Made by a program: the position numbers and the translations under genes
Shown here: one piece after another, positions 1 through 10,212 of the stretch
Layout: each line of letters starts with the position of its first letter
Position numbering within the stretch: position 1 is the first letter of the stretch
NCBI GenBank assembly: GCA_037446695.1
Contig: JBBIHY010000011.1
Span: 23,172 to 87,171, forward strand
DNA from: Bacteroidota bacterium
Lineage (GTDB): Bacteria; Bacteroidota; Bacteroidia; Bacteroidales; PUMT01
Reading direction: 5' to 3'
DNA: 64,000 bases
Notes under the pieces: generated by a model
Seen by the model: the letters and a program-made list of their open reading frames with translations, nothing else
Databases searched by the model: none
Told to the model about the DNA's origin: nothing

Positions 1-15
1 GCTAAACATCATTAA

Positions 16-1539
16 ATGCACAATTCTGTTCAAATTAAGTCGGCTCTTATATCAGTTTATTACAAGGATGGCCTTGAAAAAATTGTAAAAAAGCTTCATG
101 AACTTCATGTCGCCATTGTTTCCACGGGCGAAACCATGAAATTCATTGAAGATTTAGGCATCCCCGTTCAATCAGTGGAATCCATCACCTCTTACCCCTC
201 ATTACTTGGGGGCCGTCTAAAAACACTGCACCCCAGAATATTCGGAGGAATATTATCCCGCAGAGAACTGGGGTCTGACATGGAAGAAAGTGCCAGGTAT
301 GAAATACCTTTCTTTGACCTGGTTATAGTAGATTTGTATCCCTTTGAAGAAACCGTGCAAAAGACAAGCAGCGAGGAAGAAATTATTGAAAAAATTGATA
401 TCGGAGGAATTTCCCTTATCAGGGCGGCTGCGAAAAACTTCAGGGATGTGCTTGTCGTATCGGCGCGGAATCAGTATGAGGAGTTACACAGGATACTGGA
501 AAATGGGAAGGGTTTTACAACATTGGAAATCAGGAAAGAATTTGCCCTGCAGGCATTTCATATAAGCTCTCATTACGACCAGTTGATTTTTAAGTTTTTT
601 GCAGGCGATGTACCGAAGGTTTTCAAGGAAAGCACCGAGGGAGTAAAGATTCTTCGCTATGGGGAAAACCCCCATCAAAAAGGATATTTCTACGGTGATT
701 TTGATAAACTCTTTGAGCGGCTACACGGAAAGGAAATTTCATATAACAACCTGCTGGATATAGATGCAGGGATCCGATTAATTTCAGAATTCAGTGAGCC
801 AACAGTTGCCATTTTAAAACACAACAATCCATGCGGACTGGCCAGTCGTCAAAACCTTGTTGAGGCATGGAAAGATGCTCTTGCTGCAGATCCGGTATCG
901 GCCTTTGGAGGGGTAATTGTCATGAACCGCAAGCTGGACAGGGAAACAGCCATTGAAATGGATAGGATATTCTTTGAAATAGCGATAGCACCTTCCTTTC
1001 AGCCGGATGCCCTGGAGATTTTGAAAACAAAAAAAAACAGGATACTGCTTATCCAAAAAAGTCAAGATCTTCCGGTGAAGCTGTACCGTACCGTACTTAA
1101 CGGAGTGCTGGTTCAGGATGCCGATTTGCATACCGGGATTAGGAAGCACATGAAGGTTGTTACAGGGCAAGTACCATCCGAGAAGGAGTATGAGGATCTG
1201 GAATTTGCAAATAAAATTGTAAAGCATTGCAAGTCGAATGCAATTGTTCTGGCAAAAAACGGCCGGCTTCTGGCTGCGGGCGTGGGACAAACCTCCCGGG
1301 TAGATGCCCTGAAACAGGCTATTGAAAAAGCAAAATCATTTGATTTTGACCTGAAAGGTGCTGTCCTTTCATCCGATGCGTTTTTTCCATTCGCTGATTC
1401 TGTAAGCATTGCGTACGATGCTGGAATAAGGGCAATAATCCAGCCCGGCGGCTCGGTAAGAGACCAGGAATCCATAGATTTTTGCAATGAGAAAAAAATG
1501 AAAATGGTTTTTACAAATATTCGCCATTTTAAACATTAA
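16..1539 (+). CDS. purH: bifunctional AICAR formyltransferase / IMP cyclohydrolase PurH
   Basis: The 507-aa ORF has an N-terminal MGS-like cyclohydrolase region (KSALISVYYKDGL, STGET) and a C-terminal AICARFT region (LRYGENPHQ, SDAFFPF). It is full-length for PurH. Confidence 0.95.
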   Translation: MHNSVQIKSALISVYYKDGLEKIVKKLHELHVAIVSTGETMKFIEDLGIPVQSVESITSYPSLLGGRLKTLHPRIFGGILSRRELGSDMEESARYEIPFFDLVIVDLYPFEETVQKTSSEEEIIEKIDIGGISLIRAAAKNFRDVLVVSARNQYEELHRILENGKGFTTLEIRKEFALQAFHISSHYDQLIFKFFAGDVPKVFKESTEGVKILRYGENPHQKGYFYGDFDKLFERLHGKEISYNNLLDIDAGIRLISEFSEPTVAILKHNNPCGLASRQNLVEAWKDALAADPVSAFGGVIVMNRKLDRETAIEMDRIFFEIAIAPSFQPDALEILKTKKNRILLIQKSQDLPVKLYRTVLNGVLVQDADLHTGIRKHMKVVTGQVPSEKEYEDLEFANKIVKHCKSNAIVLAKNGRLLAAGVGQTSRVDALKQAIEKAKSFDFDLKGAVLSSDAFFPFADSVSIAYDAGIRAIIQPGGSVRDQESIDFCNEKKMKMVFTNIRHFKH

Positions 1540-1599
1540 ATTTGTAACCTTAATAAACAGAATAAGTTCAAGAGTAAGTAATTAAAACAATTCAGAAAA

Positions 1600-2622
1600 A
1601 TGGGCATTTTTTCCTTCCTTACCCAGGAACTGGCTATTGACCTGGGGACTGCCAATACCATAATTATACATAATGACAAGGTAGTTGTTGACGAGCCATC
1701 GATAGTTGCCATTGACCAAAAAACAAATAAGCTGATAGCTATTGGTGAAAAGGCAAGGCAAATGCATGGTAAAACGCACGAAAATATAAAGACCGTAAGG
1801 CCCCTGCGTGACGGAGTAATCGCTGATTTTAATGCTGCCGAGCAAATGATCAGGGGCATGATTAAAATGATCAATTCCAGGAACACGTTCTTTCAGCCCT
1901 CGCTCAGAATGGTAGTTTGTATCCCCTCGGGAAGTACGGAAGTTGAAGTACGCGCCGTGAGGGATTCTAGTGAGCATGCGGGTGGCCGAGATGTATACCT
2001 GATTTACGAGCCAATGGCCGCAAGCCTTGGAATTGGCATTGACGTTGAAGCCCCGGAGGGAAGTATGATCATTGATATTGGCGGGGGAACAACAGAAATT
2101 GCTGTTATTGCCCTGGGTGGCATCGTGTGCAACAAATCCATCAGGATAGCGGGAGACGGCTTTACAGGCGATATTCAGGCTTACATGCGTCACCAGCATA
2201 ATATAAAGATAGGGGAAAAAACGGCCGAAGACATTAAAATTGCAGTTGGCTCTGCCTTGCCTGACCTGGAAGATCCCCCGGCAGATTTTATCGTAAGAGG
2301 GCCCAACCTCATGACTGCAATGCCAATTGAGATCCCTGTTTCATACCAGGAAATAGCGCATTGTCTGGATAAATCCATTTCGAAAATTGAAACAGCCATT
2401 CTGAATGTGCTGGAGCAAACTCCGCCGGAACTGTATGCCGACATTGTGAACAAAGGAATTGCACTTGCAGGAGGAGGTGCACTTTTGCGTGGTCTGGCCA
2501 AAAGGTTTACCGACAAGATCAACATTCAGTTCAAAGTTGCCGAAGATCCTTTGCATGCTGTAGCCCGTGGTTCAGCCATCGCACTCAAGAATGTTGACAG
2601 ATTTAGTTTTTTGATGAGGTAA
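1600..2622 (+). CDS. mreB: rod shape-determining actin homolog MreB
   Basis: The 340-aa ORF carries actin/Hsp70-fold motifs (IDLGTANT, DIGGGTTE, LAGGGALL). It is followed by mreC and mreD. Confidence 0.95.
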   Translation: MGIFSFLTQELAIDLGTANTIIIHNDKVVVDEPSIVAIDQKTNKLIAIGEKARQMHGKTHENIKTVRPLRDGVIADFNAAEQMIRGMIKMINSRNTFFQPSLRMVVCIPSGSTEVEVRAVRDSSEHAGGRDVYLIYEPMAASLGIGIDVEAPEGSMIIDIGGGTTEIAVIALGGIVCNKSIRIAGDGFTGDIQAYMRHQHNIKIGEKTAEDIKIAVGSALPDLEDPPADFIVRGPNLMTAMPIEIPVSYQEIAHCLDKSISKIETAILNVLEQTPPELYADIVNKGIALAGGGALLRGLAKRFTDKINIQFKVAEDPLHAVARGSAIALKNVDRFSFLMR

Positions 2623-2652
2623 AAACAGAATAAAATGATCGGGGCGTGAGAA

Positions 2653-3477
2653 ATGAAAAACCTGATAAAACTGATAGAGCGTTATCATTTCTTTCTTTTG
2701 TTTATTGCAATTGAAATAGTAGCCCTGTCAATTGTTTTTTCCTCCAATGATTTTCAAAAAACGGTTTTCGTCAATATAAGTCGTGATATTTCGGGAAGAT
2801 TTTACCAAAGGGTTTCTAACTGGAGTAATTACCTGAAACTAAAGCAGGTCAATGAAAACCTTGCATCCGAGAATAGAAAACTGAAGCGTTCTGTTCTTGG
2901 TTCAGCTCTTCTTTTGGATATTTCATCCTACTCACCCGACTCCCTTTTGCTTGACCGGTATTTTTATAGTTCCGCAAGGGTGATCAACCAGTCAGTAAAT
3001 CATCAGAGAAACTTTCTCACACTCAATATTGGCAAATCAAGCGGTGTTGAAACAGAGATGGCTGTAATTTCTGCCCAGGGAGTGGTTGGAATAGTCAACG
3101 GGGTGTCCGACAATTTCGCAACAGTAATGCCACTTATAAACATTGATATACGAATAAGCTCCAAGCTGAAAAGCAGCGGTTATTTTGGTTCGCTTTACTG
3201 GGACGGGCAGGACTACAGGCGCGTTATTTTGTCAGAAATACCACATCATGCAGTTATTACCCCTGGCGATACCGTTGTTACCAGCGGATATTCTGCAATC
3301 TTTCCTTATGGATTGCCTATTGGAACAGTTGCAGATTATGAAATCAAAGGGGCGAATTTTTATGAAATCAGGGTAGATCTTTTTACTGATTTTAAAAAAC
3401 TTTCGCATGTATATGTATTGGGCGACAGCCTGAAGACGGAAAGAATTCACCTGGAAAATCAGTTGAAATATGATTAA
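2653..3477 (+). CDS. mreC: rod shape-determining protein MreC
   Basis: The 274-aa ORF has an N-terminal TM helix, a coiled-coil segment (NENLASENRKLK) and a C-terminal beta-rich domain. It sits between mreB and mreD. Confidence 0.85.
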   Translation: MKNLIKLIERYHFFLLFIAIEIVALSIVFSSNDFQKTVFVNISRDISGRFYQRVSNWSNYLKLKQVNENLASENRKLKRSVLGSALLLDISSYSPDSLLLDRYFYSSARVINQSVNHQRNFLTLNIGKSSGVETEMAVISAQGVVGIVNGVSDNFATVMPLINIDIRISSKLKSSGYFGSLYWDGQDYRRVILSEIPHHAVITPGDTVVTSGYSAIFPYGLPIGTVADYEIKGANFYEIRVDLFTDFKKLSHVYVLGDSLKTERIHLENQLKYD

Positions 3478-3976
3478 ACTGTTCCCGAGATATATATTCA
3501 GGTTTCTGGTATTGATTTTTATTCAGGTCTTTATCCTGAGCAATCTGCAATTCAGTGGGTTGGTAAATCCCTTTGTTTATATTCTGTTTATTTTATTGCT
3601 GCCCTTTGAGGCACCCAGGTGGTCTTTACTTGTGCTGGGGTTTATCGCAGGCCTGTCGGTCGACCTTTTTTTTCATACCCCCGGAATACATGCTTCAGCA
3701 ACTGTATTTATGGCTTTTCTGAGACCGTTTGTACTTGAATATCTTTCTCCCAGGGACGGGTATGAACCGGGCACTTTCCCACGGGTTCATTATTATGGTT
3801 TTCTGTGGTTTCTCAAATATGCTGCCATCCTGATACTGGCACACCACATTTTTTTGTTTTATATTGAAGTTTTTCGGTTTACCGATTTCTTTCTTACCCT
3901 TGGCAGAGTAATAATAAGTTGGGTGTTTTCGGTGTTTTTTATAGTCAGCAGCCAGTATTTTATTTTCAGAAAATAG
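3470..3976 (+). CDS. mreD: rod shape-determining protein MreD
   Basis: The 168-aa polytopic membrane protein overlaps the mreC stop. The call rests on position and hydrophobicity. Confidence 0.75.
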   Translation: MIKLFPRYIFRFLVLIFIQVFILSNLQFSGLVNPFVYILFILLLPFEAPRWSLLVLGFIAGLSVDLFFHTPGIHASATVFMAFLRPFVLEYLSPRDGYEPGTFPRVHYYGFLWFLKYAAILILAHHIFLFYIEVFRFTDFFLTLGRVIISWVFSVFFIVSSQYFIFRK

Positions 3977-3983
3977 GGTTTAA

Positions 3984-5798
3984 ATGGGCACGCAAAGAAG
4001 GAATATTATCATAGGGATTATTCTGTTTGTTTCACTGGTTTATGTGATACAACTTTTTGTGCTTCAGATTATTGATCCTACCTACAAGCTCAGCGCAAGC
4101 AACAATGTTCTCAGGTACATCACACAGTATCCCGCACGGGGACTGGTGTTTGACCGTAACGGGAAAATGATTGTTTTAAATGAACCGGCATATGACCTAA
4201 TGGTTATTCCGGCACAAACACGGGCATTCGATACTCTTGAGTTCTGCTCAATTCTTGAAATATCAAAGGAAAGACTGGACGAGGGGTTAAAAAAAGCAAG
4301 GGATTTTCACCGCTTTGTACCTTCGGTATTTCTGAAGCAAATTTCTTCTGTGACCTATGCTGTTTTACAGGAAAAACTTTACAAATTCCCGGGTTTTTAT
4401 GTGCAGCCCAGAACCCTCAGGCGATACAACGGAAATTACGGGGCACATATTCTGGGGTATGTTGGTGAGGTGGATGACAGGATGATCAGCTCCATGCCTT
4501 ATTACAGGATGGGGGACTATATAGGTATAAGCGGTATTGAAAGTACTTATGAGGAAGAATTGCGGGGACGGAAGGGAGTAAATATCTACCTGGTGGATGT
4601 ACATAACAGGATCAAGGAATCCTATCAGGACGGGCGGTACGATACAGTAGCTGTAGTTGGAAACAATATTACACTTACAATTGATGCAGTATTGCAGGAA
4701 TACAGTGAAAGGCTCATGCAGAACAAAACCGGCAGTATTGTTGCCATAGAACCCTCCACAGGAGAAATCCTTACACTTGTGTCGGCTCCGACCTATTCCC
4801 CTGATTTGCTCGTAGGCAGGCCCAGGACCAAAAACTTTGCAACCCTTTCCAGAGACACTCTTAAACCTCTTTTTAACAGGGCATTGATGGCGTTTTACCC
4901 TCCCGGATCAGCTTTCAAAGTGGTTAATGGACTGGTTGCATTACAGGAAGGATTATTGAGAACCACTTCCATGCATTCATGCGGTGGTGCATATGTTGCC
5001 GGAAGATTATCAGTTGCCTGCAGGTTTCATATTTCTCCCCTGAATCTTTCCCAGTCAATACAGTATTCCTGTAACACCTATTTCTGTCATGTTTTCAGAA
5101 ATACACTGGACGCCCCAAAATTTGCTAATGTTACCGAAGGATATAATACATGGAGAAATCATCTACTCTCTTTTGGACTGGGCGAAAAGCTGGGGTCTGA
5201 CTTTCCCAATGAACTAAGGGGAAATGTGCCTTCGCCGCAATATTATGACCGGTACTATGGTGCAAACAGGTGGAGATCACTTCAGTTGGTTTCACTTGCC
5301 ATCGGCCAGGGAGAGCTGGGGGTTACACCACTTCAAATGGCCAATTTGGCTGCAATTATTGCCAACTGGGGATATTACAAAACGCCCCATATTGTAAAAG
5401 CAATTCAGGGAAAGGAATCCATCGATCCGCGTTTTCTGGAAAGAAGATATACAAGCATTGATTCGGTACATTTTGAAGCAATTATTAAAGGGATGGAAGA
5501 TGCCGTGAACAGTGAAATCGGTGGAACCGCCCGAATAGCAAAAATTCCGGAGGTGATTGTTTGTGGTAAAACCGGCACGGTTCAGAATCCGCATGGTAAG
5601 GATCATTCTGTTTTTATTGCATTTGCACCAAAAGAGGACCCTAAAATAGCCATTGCTGTTTATGTGGAAAATTCGGGTTTTGGAGGCACATGGGCTGCGC
5701 CACTGGCCAGCCTTGTAATAGAAAAGTATCTTACCGGTGAGGTGAAAAGAAAATGGGTGGAGGATTATATACTTAATGCAAATCTGATAGGCTTATGA
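3984..5798 (+). CDS. mrdA: penicillin-binding protein 2 (elongasome transpeptidase)
   Basis: The 604-aa ORF has an N-terminal TM helix and the transpeptidase motifs SxxK (SAFK), SxN (SCN) and KTG (KTGT). It lies next to rodA. Confidence 0.92.
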   Translation: MGTQRRNIIIGIILFVSLVYVIQLFVLQIIDPTYKLSASNNVLRYITQYPARGLVFDRNGKMIVLNEPAYDLMVIPAQTRAFDTLEFCSILEISKERLDEGLKKARDFHRFVPSVFLKQISSVTYAVLQEKLYKFPGFYVQPRTLRRYNGNYGAHILGYVGEVDDRMISSMPYYRMGDYIGISGIESTYEEELRGRKGVNIYLVDVHNRIKESYQDGRYDTVAVVGNNITLTIDAVLQEYSERLMQNKTGSIVAIEPSTGEILTLVSAPTYSPDLLVGRPRTKNFATLSRDTLKPLFNRALMAFYPPGSAFKVVNGLVALQEGLLRTTSMHSCGGAYVAGRLSVACRFHISPLNLSQSIQYSCNTYFCHVFRNTLDAPKFANVTEGYNTWRNHLLSFGLGEKLGSDFPNELRGNVPSPQYYDRYYGANRWRSLQLVSLAIGQGELGVTPLQMANLAAIIANWGYYKTPHIVKAIQGKESIDPRFLERRYTSIDSVHFEAIIKGMEDAVNSEIGGTARIAKIPEVIVCGKTGTVQNPHGKDHSVFIAFAPKEDPKIAIAVYVENSGFGGTWAAPLASLVIEKYLTGEVKRKWVEDYILNANLIGL

Positions 5799-7219
5799 TG
5801 CGCAGGGTTAACATATGGGGCAGCCTTGACCTGATTTCAGTATTGCTTTACCTGGCATTGGTTTTTATTGGCCTTATTAGTGTGTATGCTGCGGTTTATG
5901 ATGAAAACCACAGCAGTATATTTGATTTTTCACAACGCTACGGGAAACAGTTTGTGTGGATTATTGCTGCGCTACTAATAGCTTTTTCTATTATTCTGAT
6001 TGATGGCAAGTTCTTCACGGTATTTGCCTATGTTATTTATGCAGGAACCCTGATCAGCCTTGTGGCTGTTTTACTTTTTGGCGTGGAAATCAATGCATCC
6101 AGGTCCTGGTTCCATTTCGGGAGTGTCGGTCTTCAGCCTGCCGAGTTTGCCAAGGTCGGGGTTGCACTGGCACTGGCTCAATATCTTAGTACGCCAAATA
6201 TTAAGATTCAATCTTTTCACGTGGTTAGTCGTGCAGTTGTCATAATTTTTCTTCCGGTAGCACTTATATTACTTCAACCAGATGTTGGTTCTGCCCTTGT
6301 TTTTTTCGTCTTTATCCTTGTACTTTTCAGGGAAGGACTTTCTTCTGTTTATCTTCTCCTTGCCCTTGTTATGGGAGTTTTCTTTCTGCTGGCCCTCTAT
6401 CTTAATGACCTGAATATGCTGGTAGTCCTTATAGGGGTATTAATTCTGTCTTCCTTTTTTGTTATCAGAAGCATGCTGGTTGTGGCATCAGGTCTTTTAA
6501 TTATCGGATTTTCAACTGCCATAGTCTGGGGTACTCTTTTGTTATTCGGTAAAAGCCTTTCGTGGCATTTGATTCTCCTTATCGCCATCGCTTTTTCCAC
6601 ACCCTTTATTTTTTTCCTGGCATTCCGTTACAAAATAAAATATGTAACCGGACTGCTTGCCTTTTTTGTTACGTCCATTGTGTTTACCTCATCGGTGGAT
6701 TATGTTTTCGACAATGTACTTAAACCCCATCAGCAAAAGAGAATTCATATCATGTTAGGTATTGAATCAGATCCTCAGGGTTATGGTTATAACCTTAACC
6801 AGTCCAAAATTGCCATTGGTTCAGGAGGACTGGGCGGAAAAGGCTTTCTTCAGGGAACCCAGACCAAGTTTAACTTTGTTCCTGAGCAAACAACCGATTT
6901 CATTTTCTGCACCATTGGAGAGGAATACGGTTTTGTGGGAACATTCCTGTTTATTGTCATTTTTTCTGGTCTGCTCATCCGTCTTGTTTTTCTGGCCGAA
7001 AGGCAGAGGACTGCTTTTAGCCGTATTTACGGATATTCCGTTGTTGCGGTATTATTTTTTCATATGGCCGTCAATGTTGGCATGACCATTGGACTGGTTC
7101 CCGTAATAGGAATTCCCCTTCCTTTTATTAGCTATGGAGGTTCCTCTCTGTGGGGTTTTACTGTTTTGCTCTTCATTTTCCTTCGCCTGGATGTGTCGCG
7201 ACTCGAAATTGCAAGATAA
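5795..7219 (+). CDS. rodA: SEDS-family peptidoglycan polymerase RodA
   Basis: The 474-aa polytopic FtsW/RodA/SpoVE-family protein contains QSKIAIGSGG and PEQTTDFIF motifs. Its start overlaps the mrdA stop by 4 nt. Confidence 0.9.
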   Translation: MMRRVNIWGSLDLISVLLYLALVFIGLISVYAAVYDENHSSIFDFSQRYGKQFVWIIAALLIAFSIILIDGKFFTVFAYVIYAGTLISLVAVLLFGVEINASRSWFHFGSVGLQPAEFAKVGVALALAQYLSTPNIKIQSFHVVSRAVVIIFLPVALILLQPDVGSALVFFVFILVLFREGLSSVYLLLALVMGVFFLLALYLNDLNMLVVLIGVLILSSFFVIRSMLVVASGLLIIGFSTAIVWGTLLLFGKSLSWHLILLIAIAFSTPFIFFLAFRYKIKYVTGLLAFFVTSIVFTSSVDYVFDNVLKPHQQKRIHIMLGIESDPQGYGYNLNQSKIAIGSGGLGGKGFLQGTQTKFNFVPEQTTDFIFCTIGEEYGFVGTFLFIVIFSGLLIRLVFLAERQRTAFSRIYGYSVVAVLFFHMAVNVGMTIGLVPVIGIPLPFISYGGSSLWGFTVLLFIFLRLDVSRLEIAR

Positions 7220-7312
7220 ATATTGCTTAAAATTTTTTACCAGTTCAGGGATTGAATAATTTTGTTCTCATTACAAGCCTGTTAAGTTTGAATTAATTTA
7301 CAGGACTATGAT

Positions 7313-7473
7313 TTTCATCCGCACAAAATAATTATATTATTAATTATCAACACATTACCTTCTGTCTTTTAACATTCATTATCGAGCCGATGCCTGCCTG
7401 CCGGCGGGCAGGGAACTCCATGTAGGCTATTTTCAATGGTATTTGTGTTTATTCGCAAACATGTTCGTTTCAT
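7313..7473 (+). repeat. copy of structured intergenic repeat (linker + hairpin with GC-rich palindromic insert)
   Basis: This copy is collinear with the units at 32107-32495 and with the reverse complement of 43191-43351. It contains CCGATG, the insert CCTGCCTGCCGGCGGGCAGG, and hairpin arms GAACTCCATGT (7413-7423) and ACATGTTCGTTTCAT (7459-7473). Confidence 0.85.
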
Positions 7474-7604
7474 AGTAATTATTTTTGTATGGAACCTGAT
7501 GTTTTATTCAGGGGAATACATACGTCAGAAAAAAAATATAAAATGAATTTCCACTGTAACTTTTTAATTGGCATGAGCGTCTTTCTTATAAAAGCTTGCA
7601 TGGA

Positions 7605-8090
7605 ATGACCGCGGAAGAATACAACAAATGCGTTGATCTTTTTTCAGACAATGTTTATCGCTTTATTCTCAAAAACATTAAGGATAAAGAGAAAGCGAGG
7701 GATATTGTTCAGGACACCTACGAGAAATTGTGGATGAAGGTGGAGTATGTAAATTTCCAAAAAGCCAAATCCTATTTGTTTTCAGCAGCCTATCATACCA
7801 TGATTGACGTAATAAGAAAAAACAGCAGACAAAGCCTGATGGAGGATGTTCATGTCTTGAGTCACTCACATATTGAGCAATACAGTGATTTAAATGAAGT
7901 ATTACATGAAGCAATTAGCAAATTGCCTGAATCGCAACGCTCTGTCATACTTCTGAGAGATTATGAAGGATATTCCTACGAAGAAATAGCGGAAATTACA
8001 TGCCTGTCGGAGTCACAGGTAAAGGTCTATATTTACCGGGGACGCATGTTTTTGAAAAATTATATCAGGAAAATGGAGGCTGTGATTTGA
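7605..8090 (+). CDS. ECF-type RNA polymerase sigma-70 factor
   Basis: Region 2 (DIVQDTYEKLW) and the region 4 HTH (LPESQRSVILLRDYEGYSYEEIAEI) are present. The ORF track begins at TTG 7596, and the ATG at 7605 is the more likely start. Confidence 0.88.
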   Translation: MTAEEYNKCVDLFSDNVYRFILKNIKDKEKARDIVQDTYEKLWMKVEYVNFQKAKSYLFSAAYHTMIDVIRKNSRQSLMEDVHVLSHSHIEQYSDLNEVLHEAISKLPESQRSVILLRDYEGYSYEEIAEITCLSESQVKVYIYRGRMFLKNYIRKMEAVI

Positions 8091-8091
8091 T

Positions 8092-9144
8092 ATGGATAAG
8101 ATAAACAGACATAATTATGAAGTGTTTTTCCTCGATTATGTTGAGGGGAATCTGGATGCTTCACAAAAGGAGGAGCTTTTTACCTTTCTTTCACTGAACC
8201 CAGATCTGAAAGTCGAGTTGGATGAATTTGAAATAATTACATTAGGTAACTCTTCGGAAAGGTTTGATATCAAGAACGATTTAAAAAAACTATATTATGA
8301 GGGGGACATTGTACATGGGAACCTGGATCAATTTATTATTGCCTCCCTGGAGGGAGACTTAAATAATTCACAGCAGGAAAAGCTGGATGAATTTTTACAT
8401 AATACTCCTGCTTACAGGGGAGATTATCGGTTATACACCCTGACAAAACTGCAGGCAGACAATTCCATCGTTTTTTTTGGCAAAAAGGGTCTCAAGAGGA
8501 GTGTTACGGGAAAAATTCTCCTGCTGAAAAAAATATCTGTTGCAGCCTCCCTTCTGATTCTTGCCGCTATTTTATTCTTTGTTATCACCGGAGAAGGTGA
8601 AAATAAGGGTTCCTTAATCGCCACGGAAACCAAGATTAAAGACAATGATTCTCTCATGCAGGATGATGTTTACCCCGGGAAGGCGGTTGAACAAAATCAG
8701 TTTACACCGTACAATAATAAAAGTTCAGTAATTATAAATCCAACAAAGACAGATGATTATAATAGGTTAGCAGAATTAAAGGTAGAGCAGGAAAGGTTTT
8801 TTCTTTCACCTGTTCAATCAATAAATCATGTCAGGATTAACTCCCAGCCGGACAAAATCCTTTTTGCACATATACCCGTGGGATCAGCCATTATCGAAAG
8901 GACAGATTTGATTTCAACCATACGACAGGGGGTGGATGATATTGCCCTTGCAATGGAAACCGGAGGGATTGAGGGTTCCGGAAGACTCACAATCTGGGAT
9001 ATTGCCGATGTTGGCATCAACGGTTTTGGAAAAATCACAGGCGTAAATGTTAAGCTGGATAAAACCAGGGATCTGGAAGGGAATGTCATTGCCCTGGCTT
9101 TTCAGTCAAGTCGGCTAAATTTTACAAAAAGGGTAAATAATTAA
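8092..9144 (+). CDS. putative membrane-anchored anti-sigma factor
   Basis: The 350-aa ORF starts 1 nt after the sigma gene stop and has a single central TM helix (ISVAASLLILAAILFFVI). The call is based on architecture and position only. Confidence 0.5.
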   Translation: MDKINRHNYEVFFLDYVEGNLDASQKEELFTFLSLNPDLKVELDEFEIITLGNSSERFDIKNDLKKLYYEGDIVHGNLDQFIIASLEGDLNNSQQEKLDEFLHNTPAYRGDYRLYTLTKLQADNSIVFFGKKGLKRSVTGKILLLKKISVAASLLILAAILFFVITGEGENKGSLIATETKIKDNDSLMQDDVYPGKAVEQNQFTPYNNKSSVIINPTKTDDYNRLAELKVEQERFFLSPVQSINHVRINSQPDKILFAHIPVGSAIIERTDLISTIRQGVDDIALAMETGGIEGSGRLTIWDIADVGINGFGKITGVNVKLDKTRDLEGNVIALAFQSSRLNFTKRVNN

Positions 9145-9205
9145 GCTGCTGTAACTTTTTACTGTACCTAATCGTCACAGCAATAAATAACAAATTTATA
9201 AAGAG

Positions 9206-10114
9206 ATGAAAAGAATTGTTTTAACCTTAACTATTTTATGCTTTACATTAAGTGCGTTCAATCAGCAGGAATCCTCTGTTGAAAAAAACGAAGAAGCAAT
9301 TAAGAAACTTCAGTTCCTCGAGGAATCTATTGATACTGTAAAAATACCAGGCGACACAACCAGGATTAAGATCGGCCGCAAGGAGGTGAGCATTTTTGAT
9401 TCGGGAGACGAGACAGAAATCAGGGTGAGACCTTTGGAGCAAAGTCAGGTGAGTCCCGAAGTGAAAACCAGGATGAGCCGCGTACGCAAGTTTCGTGGTC
9501 ACTGGTCAGGCTTTGAAATGGGCCTGAATAACTTTCTCGATGCGGATTTTTCTACATCCCACGGAGTCGATTATATGGAACTCAGGGCCAGCAAGTCGCT
9601 GAATGTGAACCTCAATTTCCTGCAGTACAATCTAAGACTTGCAAACGACAGGATAGGCCTGGTTACCGGGATGGGTCTGGAGTTTAATGATTACAAGTTT
9701 ATCAATGATTTTACAATTGAGCGAAACGGGGGTATTATTGAAGCATTGGATTTAAGTGCTTTTGACCTGGAAAAAACCAAGCTGTCCACCACTTACCTGA
9801 CAGTCCCCCTGCTTTTGGAGTTTCAAACCTCACAAATCAAAAGAAGTCACAGGCTATACCTTTCCGGCGGGGTTATCGGGGGTGTAAAGTTGGGGTCTCA
9901 TACCAAATTTGTACATTTCGAGTCCGGAAAGAAGAGAAAAGAAAAACTCCGTGACGATTTCTATATCAATCCTTTCAGGTATGGGGTAACTGTAAGGGCC
10001 GGATACAGGCAGCTCAATTTGTTTGCCAACTATTACTTCACTCCCTTGTTTCAGAACAACAAAGGACCTGAATTATATCCCTTTACAATAGGACTTTCGC
10101 TCTTTGGGTTTTAA
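9206..10114 (+). CDS. outer-membrane beta-barrel protein (porin-like)
   Basis: There is a signal peptide (MKRIVLTLTILCFTLSAF). The C-terminal half has alternating beta-strand character and ends in an aromatic residue (LSLFGF). Confidence 0.6.
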   Translation: MKRIVLTLTILCFTLSAFNQQESSVEKNEEAIKKLQFLEESIDTVKIPGDTTRIKIGRKEVSIFDSGDETEIRVRPLEQSQVSPEVKTRMSRVRKFRGHWSGFEMGLNNFLDADFSTSHGVDYMELRASKSLNVNLNFLQYNLRLANDRIGLVTGMGLEFNDYKFINDFTIERNGGIIEALDLSAFDLEKTKLSTTYLTVPLLLEFQTSQIKRSHRLYLSGGVIGGVKLGSHTKFVHFESGKKRKEKLRDDFYINPFRYGVTVRAGYRQLNLFANYYFTPLFQNNKGPELYPFTIGLSLFGF

Positions 10115-10134
10115 CGGGTTTTTGACTAAAATTT

Positions 10135-10168
10135 AAAATGCTGTTCATTGCTGAATAGCATTTTTTTT
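10135..10168 (+). terminator. rho-independent terminator after OMP gene
   Basis: The stem AAAATGCT/AGCATTTT has an inner TTCA/TGAA pairing and is followed by T8. Confidence 0.7.
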
Positions 10169-10212
10169 ACTTTGAGTGGCTTTTATTTTCAATAACCCAA
10201 TATTGAATAAGA

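Noticed and set aside
814-2199. Several 110-205-aa minus-strand ORFs overlapping purH and mreB.
   Set aside because: They are fully contained in high-confidence plus-strand genes and show no recognisable domains.
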